Assembly (NCBI GenBank): GCA_046757885.1
Contig: JBHHZD010000006.1
Coordinates: 14,914 to 78,913 of the forward strand
DNA from: Gemmatimonadota bacterium
GTDB lineage: Bacteria; Gemmatimonadota; Gemmatimonadetes; Palauibacterales; Palauibacteraceae
Length of the DNA stretch: 64,000 nt
Reading direction: 5' to 3'
This document shows, piece by piece, positions 9,548-19,357 of this stretch; position 1 is the first letter of the stretch, and each line of letters begins with the position of its first letter. Made by a program: the position numbers and the translations under genes. The notes under the pieces were generated by a model, which was not told the origin of the DNA, searched no databases, and saw nothing but the letters and a program-made list of their open reading frames with translations.

Positions 9548-11184
9548 TCCGGCGCCTCGGGCGGTGGGACGCGAACACCGGCCAGCAGGCCCTGGACGCG
9601 CCGCACCGGATAGACGTCCCCCGCCCCGGACGGGTACCCGGCCGCGTACCATCCGTCGGCGGAATAGGGCTCGATGAGCACGGCCAGTCGGGCCGCGCCC
9701 GGTTGGCTCGAAAGCACGAGCCACGACCCGGCCCGGAACTCGCGCCGCCGCCAGCGAAGCAGCGCTCCGGCATCCCCTCGCAGCGAATCGGGCCGCACCG
9801 GATACTCTCCGGCGAGAAGAACGGCCGGCGCCGTGAGCTTCTGCAGCTCGAAGCCCTGCCGCAGAAGGAGCGTCGCGAGCTCGATTTCTTCCGGATCCAG
9901 GAGCCATGCGGCCGGGCGCGTGATCTGGAGAGTGGGCCTCACGAGCGGGCGCCAGCGGTCGGTGGTGCGCACCGTGACGGGACCCAACTCGCTTCGCACG
10001 CGCCACGTGAGGTTCGGGCGGTCCGGATCCGGTACCCGCTCCGCCCGGAGCGTCGTGAGCGGAGCCGGACCCTCGCGGGGCGGCGCGAGGTCGGCCGCCC
10101 GCGCCGCCCCCACACGCCGCACGACCTCGTCCGCCCACGCGGCGATGACCTCCAGGAACGCCCGCGCCACCGTGTACTGGATCTCCGTGCGCCGGGCGAG
10201 ATCCTCGATCCCGCGCGACGACGTGACCTCGACGAGGTAGGTCACGGCGGGCTCGAGCGCGAAGGCGTTTCTCGCGTTGTTCGCCGTGATCGGCGCGAGC
10301 GTGTAGTAGCCGAGCGTATCGGCGCCCCCCGTCGCCTCGGCGGTCTCTTCCAGCTCCGGGGGGACCGGCTCCGCCGTGACGTACTCGTGGAACGTGAGGT
10401 TCCTCCGCGCCAGCTCGTTCGCAACGTACGGCAGGAGGTAGAACCGCCCGAGCTCCAGCAGGACCGGATCTGCGTCGGGGTGCGTCGGCAGGCCGATCTG
10501 CGCGTCGTAGACGGAAGGGCCGAGCTCGTGCAGGTCCAGAACGACGTGCGGTCTCCAGCGGGCGAACAGGCGGTGGATGGCCTCGACTTCCGGCGAGCGG
10601 AGGCGCAGGTGGTCGCGATTCGGATCGATGCCCTGTTCGTTTCGGCGGACGTTCCAGGCCGAGCCCGCGGGGTTCACCAGAGGCACGACCCGTACATCCA
10701 TCGCCTCGCGCAGCGATGAGAGGTCTCCGAGCGCGAGATCCCGGAGCAGGCGCAGCGCCGCCTCCGTCCCCGACGGCTCGTCTCCGTGCTGGCTTGCCAG
10801 GATGAGGACGCGCGGCCGGGTCGGCCCGGCCGTCGTGTCGGCTCGATCGAATCCGGCGACGAGGATGTCCTGCGCCTCCACCCTGCCGTCGAGCTCGAAC
10901 GGGGCGGTGCGCCCGATCCGCTCGACCGAGAGTCGCGCCGGGCCCGACGAGAGCCGGCCGAGGAACGACGCCACGGAGTCCGGGCGCGTGTACCTCAGGT
11001 AGGCCGCGGCCTCGGCCGGCGTGGGCAGGCCTCCGGGCGCGCGAGGTGTCGAGTCCGGCGTCTGGGCCGGCGCCGCGCGGGCGCCGAGGCGAGGAAGGAG
11101 CAAGGCGGCCGCGGCGAAGGCCCCGACCCGCACCGCGAGGCCCCCGCGGCGTCGGGTTCGGCGGCGACTACTGGAGTGGGGCAA
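9544..11184 (-). CDS. M14-family zinc carboxypeptidase, secreted
   Basis: Zn-binding SQHGDEPSGTEA (HxxE), NPDGS/NRDH-type segment IDPNRDH, N-terminal signal peptide. Confidence 0.8.
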   Translation of the reverse strand: MPHSSSRRRTRRRGGLAVRVGAFAAAALLLPRLGARAAPAQTPDSTPRAPGGLPTPAEAAAYLRYTRPDSVASFLGRLSSGPARLSVERIGRTAPFELDGRVEAQDILVAGFDRADTTAGPTRPRVLILASQHGDEPSGTEAALRLLRDLALGDLSSLREAMDVRVVPLVNPAGSAWNVRRNEQGIDPNRDHLRLRSPEVEAIHRLFARWRPHVVLDLHELGPSVYDAQIGLPTHPDADPVLLELGRFYLLPYVANELARRNLTFHEYVTAEPVPPELEETAEATGGADTLGYYTLAPITANNARNAFALEPAVTYLVEVTSSRGIEDLARRTEIQYTVARAFLEVIAAWADEVVRRVGAARAADLAPPREGPAPLTTLRAERVPDPDRPNLTWRVRSELGPVTVRTTDRWRPLVRPTLQITRPAAWLLDPEEIELATLLLRQGFELQKLTAPAVLLAGEYPVRPDSLRGDAGALLRWRRREFRAGSWLVLSSQPGAARLAVLIEPYSADGWYAAGYPSGAGDVYPVRRVQGLLAGVRVPPPEAPE

Positions 11185-12661
11185 GGATTGTCCCGGTCAG
11201 CGCGCCCGCGTCCAGCCGCTCGCACTCGAGGCTTCTCGAGAGCTCCGCCGCGTCCCGACAGCCGCTGGCCGCGAACCAGCGCCGGAGGAACTCCCCGGCG
11301 CGCGGATTCCGATGCCATTCGGCGTCGAAGCGCTCCCGAAGCTCGCGTCCGAGCTGGGCCGCGAGCATGCGCGCCCGCAGCCGCGTCGCGACCCCGAATC
11401 GCTGCCCGAGTTGCTCGAGGAAGGCGCGTGGATCGAAGCGGAATCCGGTCGCCGCCTCCAGGATCTCCGCCCATCGCACTCCCATCGCGCCGGGCCGGTC
11501 GCTTTCGCACAGCTCCAGCTCGAACTCGAGCCGGGCCACTTCCCGACGCACCTCGAAAAGCTCGATGAAGGCGGCGAGGCGCAGGTACTCCTCGAGCTGC
11601 GAGGCCTCGAGATGGCGCGACCTCTCCACCCAGGAGGGGGCGTGCAGGAGTCTCTCGAACAGGAGCCCGCTCGCCTCGCGGACCGCGACGTCGCCGAGGG
11701 CTCGGTCCTCGAAGCCGAGGGACGGGTCGGTGTACGCGAAGTGCACCGCCCGGCCCAGTTCCAGCAGCAGCGCCTTCCAGATCGGCTGCGTGGTGTCCGG
11801 CGTGGCGAGAAGCAGGATCCGGTCGGGCACGTAGACCGGCGCCGCGTACGGGCGCATGCCGGGACCCGGGAACGCCTCCACGTGAAGCGCGAGGCGGCCT
11901 CCCGCTTCCATCGGCAGCTCCATCTCCATGAGGTCGTTCCGGACCAGGTCGAGGATCGAGACGCTGTCTCCCGTCTCGTCGAGCCAGGCCATGCGGGAGA
12001 GCCGGAGCGCGTCGTGGCCCTCTGCCTCCTCGGGTCCGATGCCGAGGTGAATCCGCAGATGGTGGGCCAACTGGCGACGATATGCCGCTTCCGTCTCCGC
12101 GAGCACCTTCCGCATCTCGTGCACCAGGCCGCGGATGCTGAACCCGTGAATCCGCTCGGCGGCGTCCAGGTACCCACCGTACCCGAGCTCCTTCGCGGCC
12201 ACGCGCCACCGGTTCAGCCGATCCAGCTGGAGGGGGAGCGCCTCTTCCAGGGCGGCAGCGCGGGCCCGCTCGAGCGTCCGGCGCTCTTCGCGATCCTCCA
12301 TGCCTTCGACGGCGAACGCCGCCTGGCTGAGCGGAAGGTCCACGCCCCCGATCTCGAGGCTCGCGGTGCTCGCCCAGAACCCGAACTCGTCGTCGAGGGC
12401 GGCGTTCGCGTTCAGGAGCCGGTGCTCGGCCGTGAAGGCGAGCAACCGCCGGAGTCGTCTCTCCTCCTCTCCCGTGGCGGAGGCCAGGCACCTCTCGATG
12501 GCGGGAAGGGCGTCGGGGTGGTGGAGGATCGGCTCGGCCGCGTAGAGCGGAGCGACCTCGGCCCAGCTCTTCTGCCCCGCCCGGGCCCGGAACCGCTCCT
12601 CGAGCAGCAGGGCCCGAAAGCGCTCCGCGCGATCCCGGATCTCCGCGACGCCGAGAGCCAC
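11168..12661 (-). CDS. conserved hypothetical protein
   Basis: 497-aa ORF in consistent frame within a same-strand block. All-helical, Arg/Glu/Leu-rich; no confident family motif (no HExxH). Confidence 0.5.
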   Translation of the reverse strand: MALGVAEIRDRAERFRALLLEERFRARAGQKSWAEVAPLYAAEPILHHPDALPAIERCLASATGEEERRLRRLLAFTAEHRLLNANAALDDEFGFWASTASLEIGGVDLPLSQAAFAVEGMEDREERRTLERARAAALEEALPLQLDRLNRWRVAAKELGYGGYLDAAERIHGFSIRGLVHEMRKVLAETEAAYRRQLAHHLRIHLGIGPEEAEGHDALRLSRMAWLDETGDSVSILDLVRNDLMEMELPMEAGGRLALHVEAFPGPGMRPYAAPVYVPDRILLLATPDTTQPIWKALLLELGRAVHFAYTDPSLGFEDRALGDVAVREASGLLFERLLHAPSWVERSRHLEASQLEEYLRLAAFIELFEVRREVARLEFELELCESDRPGAMGVRWAEILEAATGFRFDPRAFLEQLGQRFGVATRLRARMLAAQLGRELRERFDAEWHRNPRAGEFLRRWFAASGCRDAAELSRSLECERLDAGALTGTILAPLQ

Positions 12662-12668
12662 GGGCGGA

Positions 12669-14024
12669 TCAGCGGCCCGAGAGGTCTCGAGCCAGCGCCT
12701 CCTGCAGGTGATCCGCCAGCCCGTCCGCCGCGACGCGGACCTGCTCGAGCGTATCGCGGTCCCGGACGGTCACGGTGCCGTCCTCCATCGTCTGTCCATC
12801 GACCGTGATGCAGAAGGGCGTCCCGGCCTCGTCCTGGCGCCGGTACCGACGTCCGATGGAGCCCGCCGCGTCGTGGAAGACCGGGAAGCGTCGCCGGAGC
12901 TCCTCCGCGATGGCCTGGGCCATCTCCGGCATGCCGTCCTTCTTCACGAGGGGAAAGACGGCCGCCTTCACGGGCGCGAGGGAGGGATGGAGTCGGAGCA
13001 CGGTGCGCGTCTCGCCGTTCACTTCCTCCTCGGCGTACGCGTCGGCGAGCAGTACGAGCAGCGTTCTGTCGAGGCCCGCGGACGTCTCGATGACGTAGGG
13101 GATGAACCGGCTGTTCGTCGCCGGGTCGAAGTACTCCAGCTTCTTGCCGGACCGCTCCTGGTGGCGGACGAGGTCGAAGTCCGTCCGGTTGTGGATGCCC
13201 TCGAATTCCTTCCAGCCGAACGGAAAATGGTACTCGATGTCGAAGGCGGCCTTGGCGTAGTGCGCGAGCTCGTCGGGCCCGTGCTCGTGGAAGCGCAGAC
13301 GATCGGCCCGCACGCCGAGCCCCCGGATCCAGTCCATCCGCCGCTCCATCCAGACCTCGAGCCAGTGCTCGTCCGTGCCCGGCTCGACGAAGAACTGCAT
13401 CTCCATCTGCTCAAACTCCCGCGTGCGGAACACGAAGTTGCCCGGCGTGATCTCGTTGCGGAACGCCTTCCCCACCTGGGCGATCCCGAACGGGATCTTC
13501 TGGCGCGCGCTGTCCTGCACGTTGCGGAAGTTCACGTAGATCCCCTGGGCCGTCTCCGGCCGCAGGTAACAAACCGCCGTGTCGTCCTCCACCGGTCCCA
13601 TGAAGGTGCGGAACATCAGGTTGAACAGGCGCGGCTCCATGAGCTGGCCGGTCGTTCCGCAGGACGGGCACTGCTCGCCCTCGATCTCGTCGTCCCGGAA
13701 TCGCCGGTGGCAGTTCCGGCACTCGACAAGCGGATCGGTGAAGCCCTCCACGTGCCCGCTCGCCTCCCATACCAGCGGGTGCATGAGGATCCCCGCGTCG
13801 ACCCCCTCGACGTCGGCCCGCCGGTGCACCATCTCCGCCCACCACGCGTCGTGGAGGTTCCTCTTCAGCTCCACGCCCAGGGGGCCGTAGTCGTAGACGG
13901 CCCCGATGCCGCCGTAGATCTCGGACGACTGGAAGATGAACCCCCGCCGCTTGCACAGGGACACGAGCTTGTCCATCAGGCCTTCGGGGTGGCCGGTCTC
14001 TCCGGCCTTCGTCGCCTCGGTCAT
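12669..14024 (-). CDS. glyQS: glycine--tRNA ligase (dimeric class II, GlyQS type)
   Basis: LVSLCKRRGFIFQSSEIYGGIGAVYDYGPLGVELKRN is a near-invariant GlyRS N-terminus. Class II motifs include FRNEITPGNFVFRTREFEQMEMQFF and GLDR. An alternative start at the internal MDKLV is possible. Confidence 0.9.
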   Translation of the reverse strand: MTEATKAGETGHPEGLMDKLVSLCKRRGFIFQSSEIYGGIGAVYDYGPLGVELKRNLHDAWWAEMVHRRADVEGVDAGILMHPLVWEASGHVEGFTDPLVECRNCHRRFRDDEIEGEQCPSCGTTGQLMEPRLFNLMFRTFMGPVEDDTAVCYLRPETAQGIYVNFRNVQDSARQKIPFGIAQVGKAFRNEITPGNFVFRTREFEQMEMQFFVEPGTDEHWLEVWMERRMDWIRGLGVRADRLRFHEHGPDELAHYAKAAFDIEYHFPFGWKEFEGIHNRTDFDLVRHQERSGKKLEYFDPATNSRFIPYVIETSAGLDRTLLVLLADAYAEEEVNGETRTVLRLHPSLAPVKAAVFPLVKKDGMPEMAQAIAEELRRRFPVFHDAAGSIGRRYRRQDEAGTPFCITVDGQTMEDGTVTVRDRDTLEQVRVAADGLADHLQEALARDLSGR

Positions 14025-14041
14025 GCGCCTCCTCGCCGGTC

Positions 14042-14065
14042 CTGCCTCCTCCCGGCGCGCGAAGC
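14042..14065. terminator. perfect 10-bp GC hairpin in the intergenic region between glycerate kinase and glyQS
   Basis: ccggcgcgcg-aagc-cgcgcgccgg (10-bp stem, 4-nt loop); no T-tract. Could be a factor-independent-like terminator in a high-GC genome or a 5' leader structure. Confidence 0.3.
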
Positions 14066-14136
14066 CGCGCGCCGGAGCGTGACGCGAAAGGATACCCGCC
14101 CGACGCGCGTCATGCGAGCGGATGGCGGGTCGCGCG

Positions 14137-15207
14137 TCAGTCGGCCGCGCGGAGAGATCGGGCGACGAGATCCGCCAGGCCTTCCTCGTCGAGCTCGGCG
14201 CCCGCGGCGTCCACCGCCACCACCCCCTCGGGCACGGGGCCGCTCACGCGTCCGCACGCGAGAAGGACCCGGGCTCCCGCCGCCAGCGCTTCGTCCACGA
14301 CCCGGCCGACGATCTTCCCCAGGCCGCTTCCCCCATCCCAGGTCCCTTCCCCGGTCACGACGAGATCCGCCTGCGCGACCTCGGCGTGGAACCCCGTCCG
14401 AGCCATCGTCCAGTCGGCCCCGGGTACGAGATCCGCCGAGAGAAAGGCCGCGCAGGCCGCTCCGAGGCCCCCGGCGGCTCCGCCGCCGGGGAGCTCCGCC
14501 ACCCGGAGACCGAGGTCCGCTTCGATGCACGTCGCGAGCCGCTCCAGCCCACCCTCCAGGCGGCCGACGGCCCGGGGATCCGCCCCTTTCTGGGGCCCGA
14601 ACGTCCGGGCGGCGCCGGCCGGGCCGCACAGCGGCGTCCGGACATCGGCCAGCGCCACGATCCGGGCCGTCGGCGCCCTGCCGGGGAGGATGCGCTCCAG
14701 GGCCTCCAGGGCCCCTCCGCCGGGGGGAAGGTCCCGCCCGTCCCCGTCCAAGAATCGGAATCCGAAGCCGCGCGCGAGGCCGGTGCCCCCATCCACGGTG
14801 CCCGACCCCCCCAGGCCGATCGTCACCCGCCGCGCCCCTCTGTCGAGGCACCGCCGGACGAGCTCTCCGACGCCCCGCGTGTCCGCCCGCAGAGGATCCC
14901 TTCCAGACGGGGCCATCAGGTGCAGCCCGCACGCGTCGGCCGATTCGAGGACGGCCTCGCCGGGCTCCGTCCACAGGATGCGTGCCCGCACCACACCTCC
15001 CAGCGGGCCCGCGACGTCGAACTCTTCGATCCCGGGGCCGGCGGCACCCCGGAGCGCATCGAGCAGCCCGGGCCCCCCGTCGGAAAGGGGCCGGACGTGC
15101 ACCCGCGCGCCGGGGAAGGAGAGACGCACGCCGGACGCCATCGCCTCGGCGACGCGCCCCGCGCCCAGGGTCCCCTTGAACGCGGTCGGAGCTACGAGAA
15201 CGCGCAT
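14137..15207 (-). CDS. glxK: glycerate kinase
   Basis: Start at the second Met: MRVLVAPTAFKGTLGA... matches the glycerate kinase N-terminus. Gly-rich motifs GLGGSGTVDGG and GGGAAGGLGA. Confidence 0.85.
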   Translation of the reverse strand: MRVLVAPTAFKGTLGAGRVAEAMASGVRLSFPGARVHVRPLSDGGPGLLDALRGAAGPGIEEFDVAGPLGGVVRARILWTEPGEAVLESADACGLHLMAPSGRDPLRADTRGVGELVRRCLDRGARRVTIGLGGSGTVDGGTGLARGFGFRFLDGDGRDLPPGGGALEALERILPGRAPTARIVALADVRTPLCGPAGAARTFGPQKGADPRAVGRLEGGLERLATCIEADLGLRVAELPGGGAAGGLGAACAAFLSADLVPGADWTMARTGFHAEVAQADLVVTGEGTWDGGSGLGKIVGRVVDEALAAGARVLLACGRVSGPVPEGVVAVDAAGAELDEEGLADLVARSLRAAD

Positions 15208-15308
15208 GAATCGGCCGTTTCGCCCGGTCGGAGAGTGTGTCGGCACGCGCCGTCTCGAACCTAGCCCGTGGTGGACAGGCCCGCAGCCGGGCGACTACTC
15301 TGTCGATC

Positions 15309-16088
15309 ATGTTCGGCCCCGGCGGACCCATTCGCATCATCGGCCACCGCGGCGCGGCGGGCGCCGCCCCGGAGAACACCGTGGAGGCCATCCTGCACGG
15401 CGTCCAGGCGGGGTCTCACGCCATCGAGTTCGACGTCCGCCGCACGTCGTGCGGCGCGCTCATCCTCATGCACGATCCCACCGTGGACCGGACGACGGAT
15501 GGCCGGGGCGCCGTGGCGGACCTGTCTCTTGCGGCGCTTCGCGAGCTGGACGCGGGACACGGCTTCACGCCCGACGGAGGTCGCACCCACCCGTTCCGGG
15601 GCCGGGGCGTTCGGATCCCGACCCTCGAGGAAGGACTCGAGGCCGCCGGCGACCTCCCCGTCATCATCGAGATCAAGAGCGAGCCGGCCGGAACGGCGCT
15701 GGCAGACTGGCTCGACCGCGCCGGGCGGGATCGTCCCATCCTCGTGGGCGGCTTCTCGAACCGGGCGGTCCGGCCCGCCGCGCGCGCCGCGCGTTGGCGC
15801 TGCGCCACCTCCGACGAGGTCCGCCGCACCGTTCTGTGGGGGAAGTTCGGGATCCGCCGGCCCCTTCCGGCCGACGTGACGGCCGCGATGGTGCCGGTGC
15901 GATGGCGCGGCGTGCGCGTGATCACGAGCCGCTTCGTCCGCGCCGCTCACCGTCAGGGCGCGGGCGTGTACGCGTGGACCGTGAACCGGCCGGCCGAGAT
16001 GCGCCGTCTGTTCGGTCTCGGAGTGGACGGCCTCATCTCCGATTTCCCGGCCGTGCTGCGGCGCGTCGTGGAGGAGGCCCCGGCCTGA
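15309..16088 (+). CDS. glycerophosphodiester phosphodiesterase (GDPD family)
   Basis: IIGHRGAAGAAPENT (catalytic HR), HAIEFDVRRT, LMHD, final TVNRP; start at MFGPGGPIRIIGHRG. Confidence 0.8.
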   Translation: MFGPGGPIRIIGHRGAAGAAPENTVEAILHGVQAGSHAIEFDVRRTSCGALILMHDPTVDRTTDGRGAVADLSLAALRELDAGHGFTPDGGRTHPFRGRGVRIPTLEEGLEAAGDLPVIIEIKSEPAGTALADWLDRAGRDRPILVGGFSNRAVRPAARAARWRCATSDEVRRTVLWGKFGIRRPLPADVTAAMVPVRWRGVRVITSRFVRAAHRQGAGVYAWTVNRPAEMRRLFGLGVDGLISDFPAVLRRVVEEAPA

Positions 16089-17263
16089 TGGCGCGCGCGA
16101 TCCTGCACGTGGACATGGATGCCTTCTTCGCGGCCGTCGAGGAGAGGGATGAGGAGGCGCTCCGCTCGCGCCCGCTGGTCATCGGCGCGGATCCCCGGGG
16201 CGGACGCGGAAGAGGCGTCGTGTCCACCGCGAACTACGAGGCGAGGCGCTACGGCATCCGGTCCGCCATGCCCATCTCGGAGGCCTATCACCGGTGTCCA
16301 CACGCGGTGTTCCGGCGGCCCCGCATGACGGCCTACGCCCGGGCGTCGAAGCGGGTGTTCGCCATCTTCGACCGCTTCACGGATCTCGTCGAGCCCCTCG
16401 GGATCGACGAGGCCTTTCTGGACGTGACCGCGAGCCGGCGGCTGTTCGGCACCGGGCCCGAGATCGCCGCCGCCCTCAAGCAGGCGATCCGGGCCGAGGA
16501 GCGCCTCACCGCCTCGGTCGGCGTCGCCACCTCGAAGTACGTGGCGAAGGTGGCGAGCGATCTCGAGAAGCCGGACGGGCTCGTCGTCGTTCCGCCGGGC
16601 GCGGAGGGCGCGTTTCTGGCCCCTCTGCCGCTCGAGCGGCTGTGGGGCGCGGGGCCCCGGGCCCGCGGGCGCCTGGCGTCGCTCGGGTGCCGGACGATCG
16701 GAGATGTCGCGGCGCTCGACCGCTGCGTCCTCCGCGACGGGCTCGGAGACGCGCTCGGCGACCGCTTCTATCGCTTGAGCCAGGGCGTGGACGCGCGACC
16801 GGTCGTGCGCGACGGGAGGCGCAAGTCGCTCGGCAAGGAGATCACGTTCGACCGGGACGTCGAGGACCGCGACCGGGTCGAGCGCACGCTGCTCAGGCTC
16901 TGCGAGGGCGCGGCGCGGGCGCTCCGTCGGCGGGGCCTCTGCGCCCGCACGATCACGCTCAAGCTCCGGTGGGAGGGCTTCGAGACCCTCACGCGCGGCC
17001 GGACGCTCCCGCGACCCGTGCGTACCGTGGAGAGAATCTGGCCGGTGGCGCGGGACCTCTTCCGGGCCGCGGACGGCGGCCGTCGCCGGATTCGGCTCGT
17101 GGGCGTGAGTCTGTCGGGCCTGGCGCCGTCCGGCGCGGGACAGATGTCGCTGTTCGAGGAAGGGGCGGAGCCGGACGATCGGATCGCGGACGTGACGGAC
17201 CGGCTGCGAGAGAAGTACGGCACCGGCGCCGTCACGCGGGCCAGGCTGCTCGAGAAACCCTGA
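16088..17263 (+). CDS. dinB: DNA polymerase IV (Y-family translesion polymerase)
   Basis: ILHVDMDAFFAAVE, STANYEARRYGIRSAMP, GIDEAFLDVT, SVGVATSKYVAKVASDLEKPDG. The ATG shares one nt with the GDPD stop (TGATG). Confidence 0.9.
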   Translation: MARAILHVDMDAFFAAVEERDEEALRSRPLVIGADPRGGRGRGVVSTANYEARRYGIRSAMPISEAYHRCPHAVFRRPRMTAYARASKRVFAIFDRFTDLVEPLGIDEAFLDVTASRRLFGTGPEIAAALKQAIRAEERLTASVGVATSKYVAKVASDLEKPDGLVVVPPGAEGAFLAPLPLERLWGAGPRARGRLASLGCRTIGDVAALDRCVLRDGLGDALGDRFYRLSQGVDARPVVRDGRRKSLGKEITFDRDVEDRDRVERTLLRLCEGAARALRRRGLCARTITLKLRWEGFETLTRGRTLPRPVRTVERIWPVARDLFRAADGGRRRIRLVGVSLSGLAPSGAGQMSLFEEGAEPDDRIADVTDRLREKYGTGAVTRARLLEKP

Positions 17264-17276
17264 GCCAGGAGTCGGA

Positions 17277-17864
17277 ATGTCGGATCTGCCCGCGAGGGAA
17301 CAGGCCCTCGCCCTGATGCACGAATACACGCCGAGCGAGAAGCTGCGGCGCCATATGCTCGGCGTCGAGGCCGCGATGCGCGCGTACGCCCGCAAGCAGG
17401 GGGCGGACGAGGACCTGTGGGGACTCACGGGCCTCCTGCACGACTTCGACTACGAGCGGTGGCCGAACGACGGGCACGCCGCGGACCGGGAGCATCCGTC
17501 CGAGGGCGTGAGAATCCTTCGCGACCTCGGATACCCGGAAGAGATGTGCCGGGCGATCCTCGCCCACGCCGAGTACACGGGCGTGGAGCCGGACGGGGCC
17601 ATGGCCCGTACGCTCCGGGCTGTGGACGAGCTGACGGGCTTCATCGTCGCCTGCTCGCTCGTGCGGCCGAACGGGATCACGGACCTCACCCCGAAGTCCG
17701 TGAAGAAGAAGATGAAGGATCGCGCCTTCGCGGCCGCGGTGGACCGGGAGGCGATCCGGACCTCCACCGAAGAGCTCGGCGAGGACCTCACGGAGCACAT
17801 CGCATTCGTGATCGGGGCGCTCCAGGACGTCGCCGCCACCCTCGGCCTCGAGGGCGGGAGATGA
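17277..17864 (+). CDS. HD-domain metal-dependent phosphohydrolase
   Basis: H...HD motif (RRHMLGVEAAM...GLLHDFDY); 195 aa, HDIG-like. Confidence 0.75.
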   Translation: MSDLPAREQALALMHEYTPSEKLRRHMLGVEAAMRAYARKQGADEDLWGLTGLLHDFDYERWPNDGHAADREHPSEGVRILRDLGYPEEMCRAILAHAEYTGVEPDGAMARTLRAVDELTGFIVACSLVRPNGITDLTPKSVKKKMKDRAFAAAVDREAIRTSTEELGEDLTEHIAFVIGALQDVAATLGLEGGR

Positions 17865-19249
17865 GCGCGGGCGGCGGCTTTCGGACGATCATCGAGCCCT
17901 TCCGGATCAAGAGCGTCGAGCCCATCCGGATGACGACCCGCGCCGAGCGCGAGGCGCGCATCGTCGAAGCCGGGTACAACGTCTTCCTCCTGCGCGCGCG
18001 GGACGTCCTCATCGACCTCCTGACCGACAGTGGCACGGGGGCGATGAGCGCGAACCAGTGGGCCGGGGCGATGCGGGGCGACGAGTCCTACGCGGGCGGC
18101 GAGAGCTTCTTCCGGTTCACGGAGGCGGTCCAGGACATCTTCGGATTCGCGAACGTGATCCCCACCCACCAGGGGCGGGCGGCGGAGCGGATCCTGTTCT
18201 CGACGGTCTGCCAGCCCGGCGACGTCGTCCCGAACAACAGCCACTTCGATACGACGCGCGCGAACATCGAATTCGTGGGCGCGAGGGCCGTCGACCTGCC
18301 ATGCGCGGAGGCGGCGGAGCCGTCCATCCCCGGCCCGTTCAAGGGGAACATCGACCTCGCGGCCCTCGAGGCCCTCCTGTCGGACGCCGACGCCCGCGTG
18401 CCGCTCGCCATGATCACGGTGACGAACAACTCTGGCGGCGGCCAGCCCGTCTCGATGGCGAACATCCGGTCCGCGTCGGAGATCTGCCGAGCGCACGGCG
18501 TCCCTCTGTACATCGATGCCTGCCGCTTCGCGGAGAATGCCTACTTCATCCAGCAGCGTGAGGAAGGGTACGCTGACACTCCGCTCATCGACATCGCGCG
18601 AGAGATGTTCGCCTGCGCGGATGGGGCCACGATGTCGGCGAAGAAGGACGGACTCGCGAACATCGGCGGGTTCCTGGCCACGAACGACGACCGGCTGGCA
18701 GCGCGGGAGAAGGACCTCCTCATCCTCACCGAGGGCTTCCCCACGTACGGCGGGCTCGCGGGCCGGGACCTCGAGGCCGTCGCGGTGGGGCTCTACGAGG
18801 CCCTGGAGCCCGACTACCTGAAGTACCGGATCACGTCCACGGCCTATCTCGGGAATCATGTCGCAGAGCGGGGCGTGCCGATCGTGCAGCCGCCCGGGGG
18901 GCACGCCGTGTACCTGGACGCGGCCGCGTTCTGCCCCTCCATCGAGCCGCTGGAGTACCCCGGCATCGCGCTCGCGGTCGAGCTCTACCGCGAGGCGGGC
19001 ATCCGTGGTGTCGAGATCGGGAGCGTGATGTTCGGGAGCACGGATCCGGAGACCGGCGAGCGACGCCCCGCACGCCAGGAGCTCGTGCGCCTCGCGATCC
19101 CGCGCCGTGTCTACACGCAGAGCCACATCGACTACGTCGTCGAGGCGATCCTGCGGGTGTTCGAGCGGCGTGACGCGCTGCGCGGCTATCGCATCGCGTA
19201 CGAGCCGCCCTTCCTGCGCCATTTCACGGCCCGGTTTGAGCCCGTGTGA
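17861..19249 (+). CDS. tryptophanase / tyrosine phenol-lyase family beta-eliminating lyase (PLP)
   Basis: EPFRIKSVEPIRMTTRAEREARIVEAGYNVFLL...DLLTDSGTGAMS matches the TnaA/TPL N-terminus. PLP-lysine region SAKKDGLANIGGFLA. ATGA overlap with the HD gene. The ORF-track version (from 17417) is over-extended. Confidence 0.85.
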   Translation: MSAGGGFRTIIEPFRIKSVEPIRMTTRAEREARIVEAGYNVFLLRARDVLIDLLTDSGTGAMSANQWAGAMRGDESYAGGESFFRFTEAVQDIFGFANVIPTHQGRAAERILFSTVCQPGDVVPNNSHFDTTRANIEFVGARAVDLPCAEAAEPSIPGPFKGNIDLAALEALLSDADARVPLAMITVTNNSGGGQPVSMANIRSASEICRAHGVPLYIDACRFAENAYFIQQREEGYADTPLIDIAREMFACADGATMSAKKDGLANIGGFLATNDDRLAAREKDLLILTEGFPTYGGLAGRDLEAVAVGLYEALEPDYLKYRITSTAYLGNHVAERGVPIVQPPGGHAVYLDAAAFCPSIEPLEYPGIALAVELYREAGIRGVEIGSVMFGSTDPETGERRPARQELVRLAIPRRVYTQSHIDYVVEAILRVFERRDALRGYRIAYEPPFLRHFTARFEPV

Positions 19250-19357
19250 CCTCGACGGGCGGGGTGCGACCCGTTCCGGACCGCGTTAGATTCGCCGGCG
19301 ACTCGAGCCGCCCCGTAGCGCGAGGAGGTACCCCTGACGACCACCGGCATCGTCACC

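Noticed and set aside
7095-9773. 892-aa fusion ORF spanning the NSS transporter and the hydrolase region
   Set aside because: The transporter core starts at GTG 8582; the upstream 400 codons are in a different frame from the genuine alpha/beta hydrolase gene occupying 8579..9547.
14525-17263. 912-aa ORF on the plus strand (ORF track)
   Set aside because: Only the last 391 codons (from ATG 16088) have DinB motifs. The upstream part is Arg/Pro/Gly-rich GC noise and reads antisense through the glycerate kinase and the GDPD gene region.
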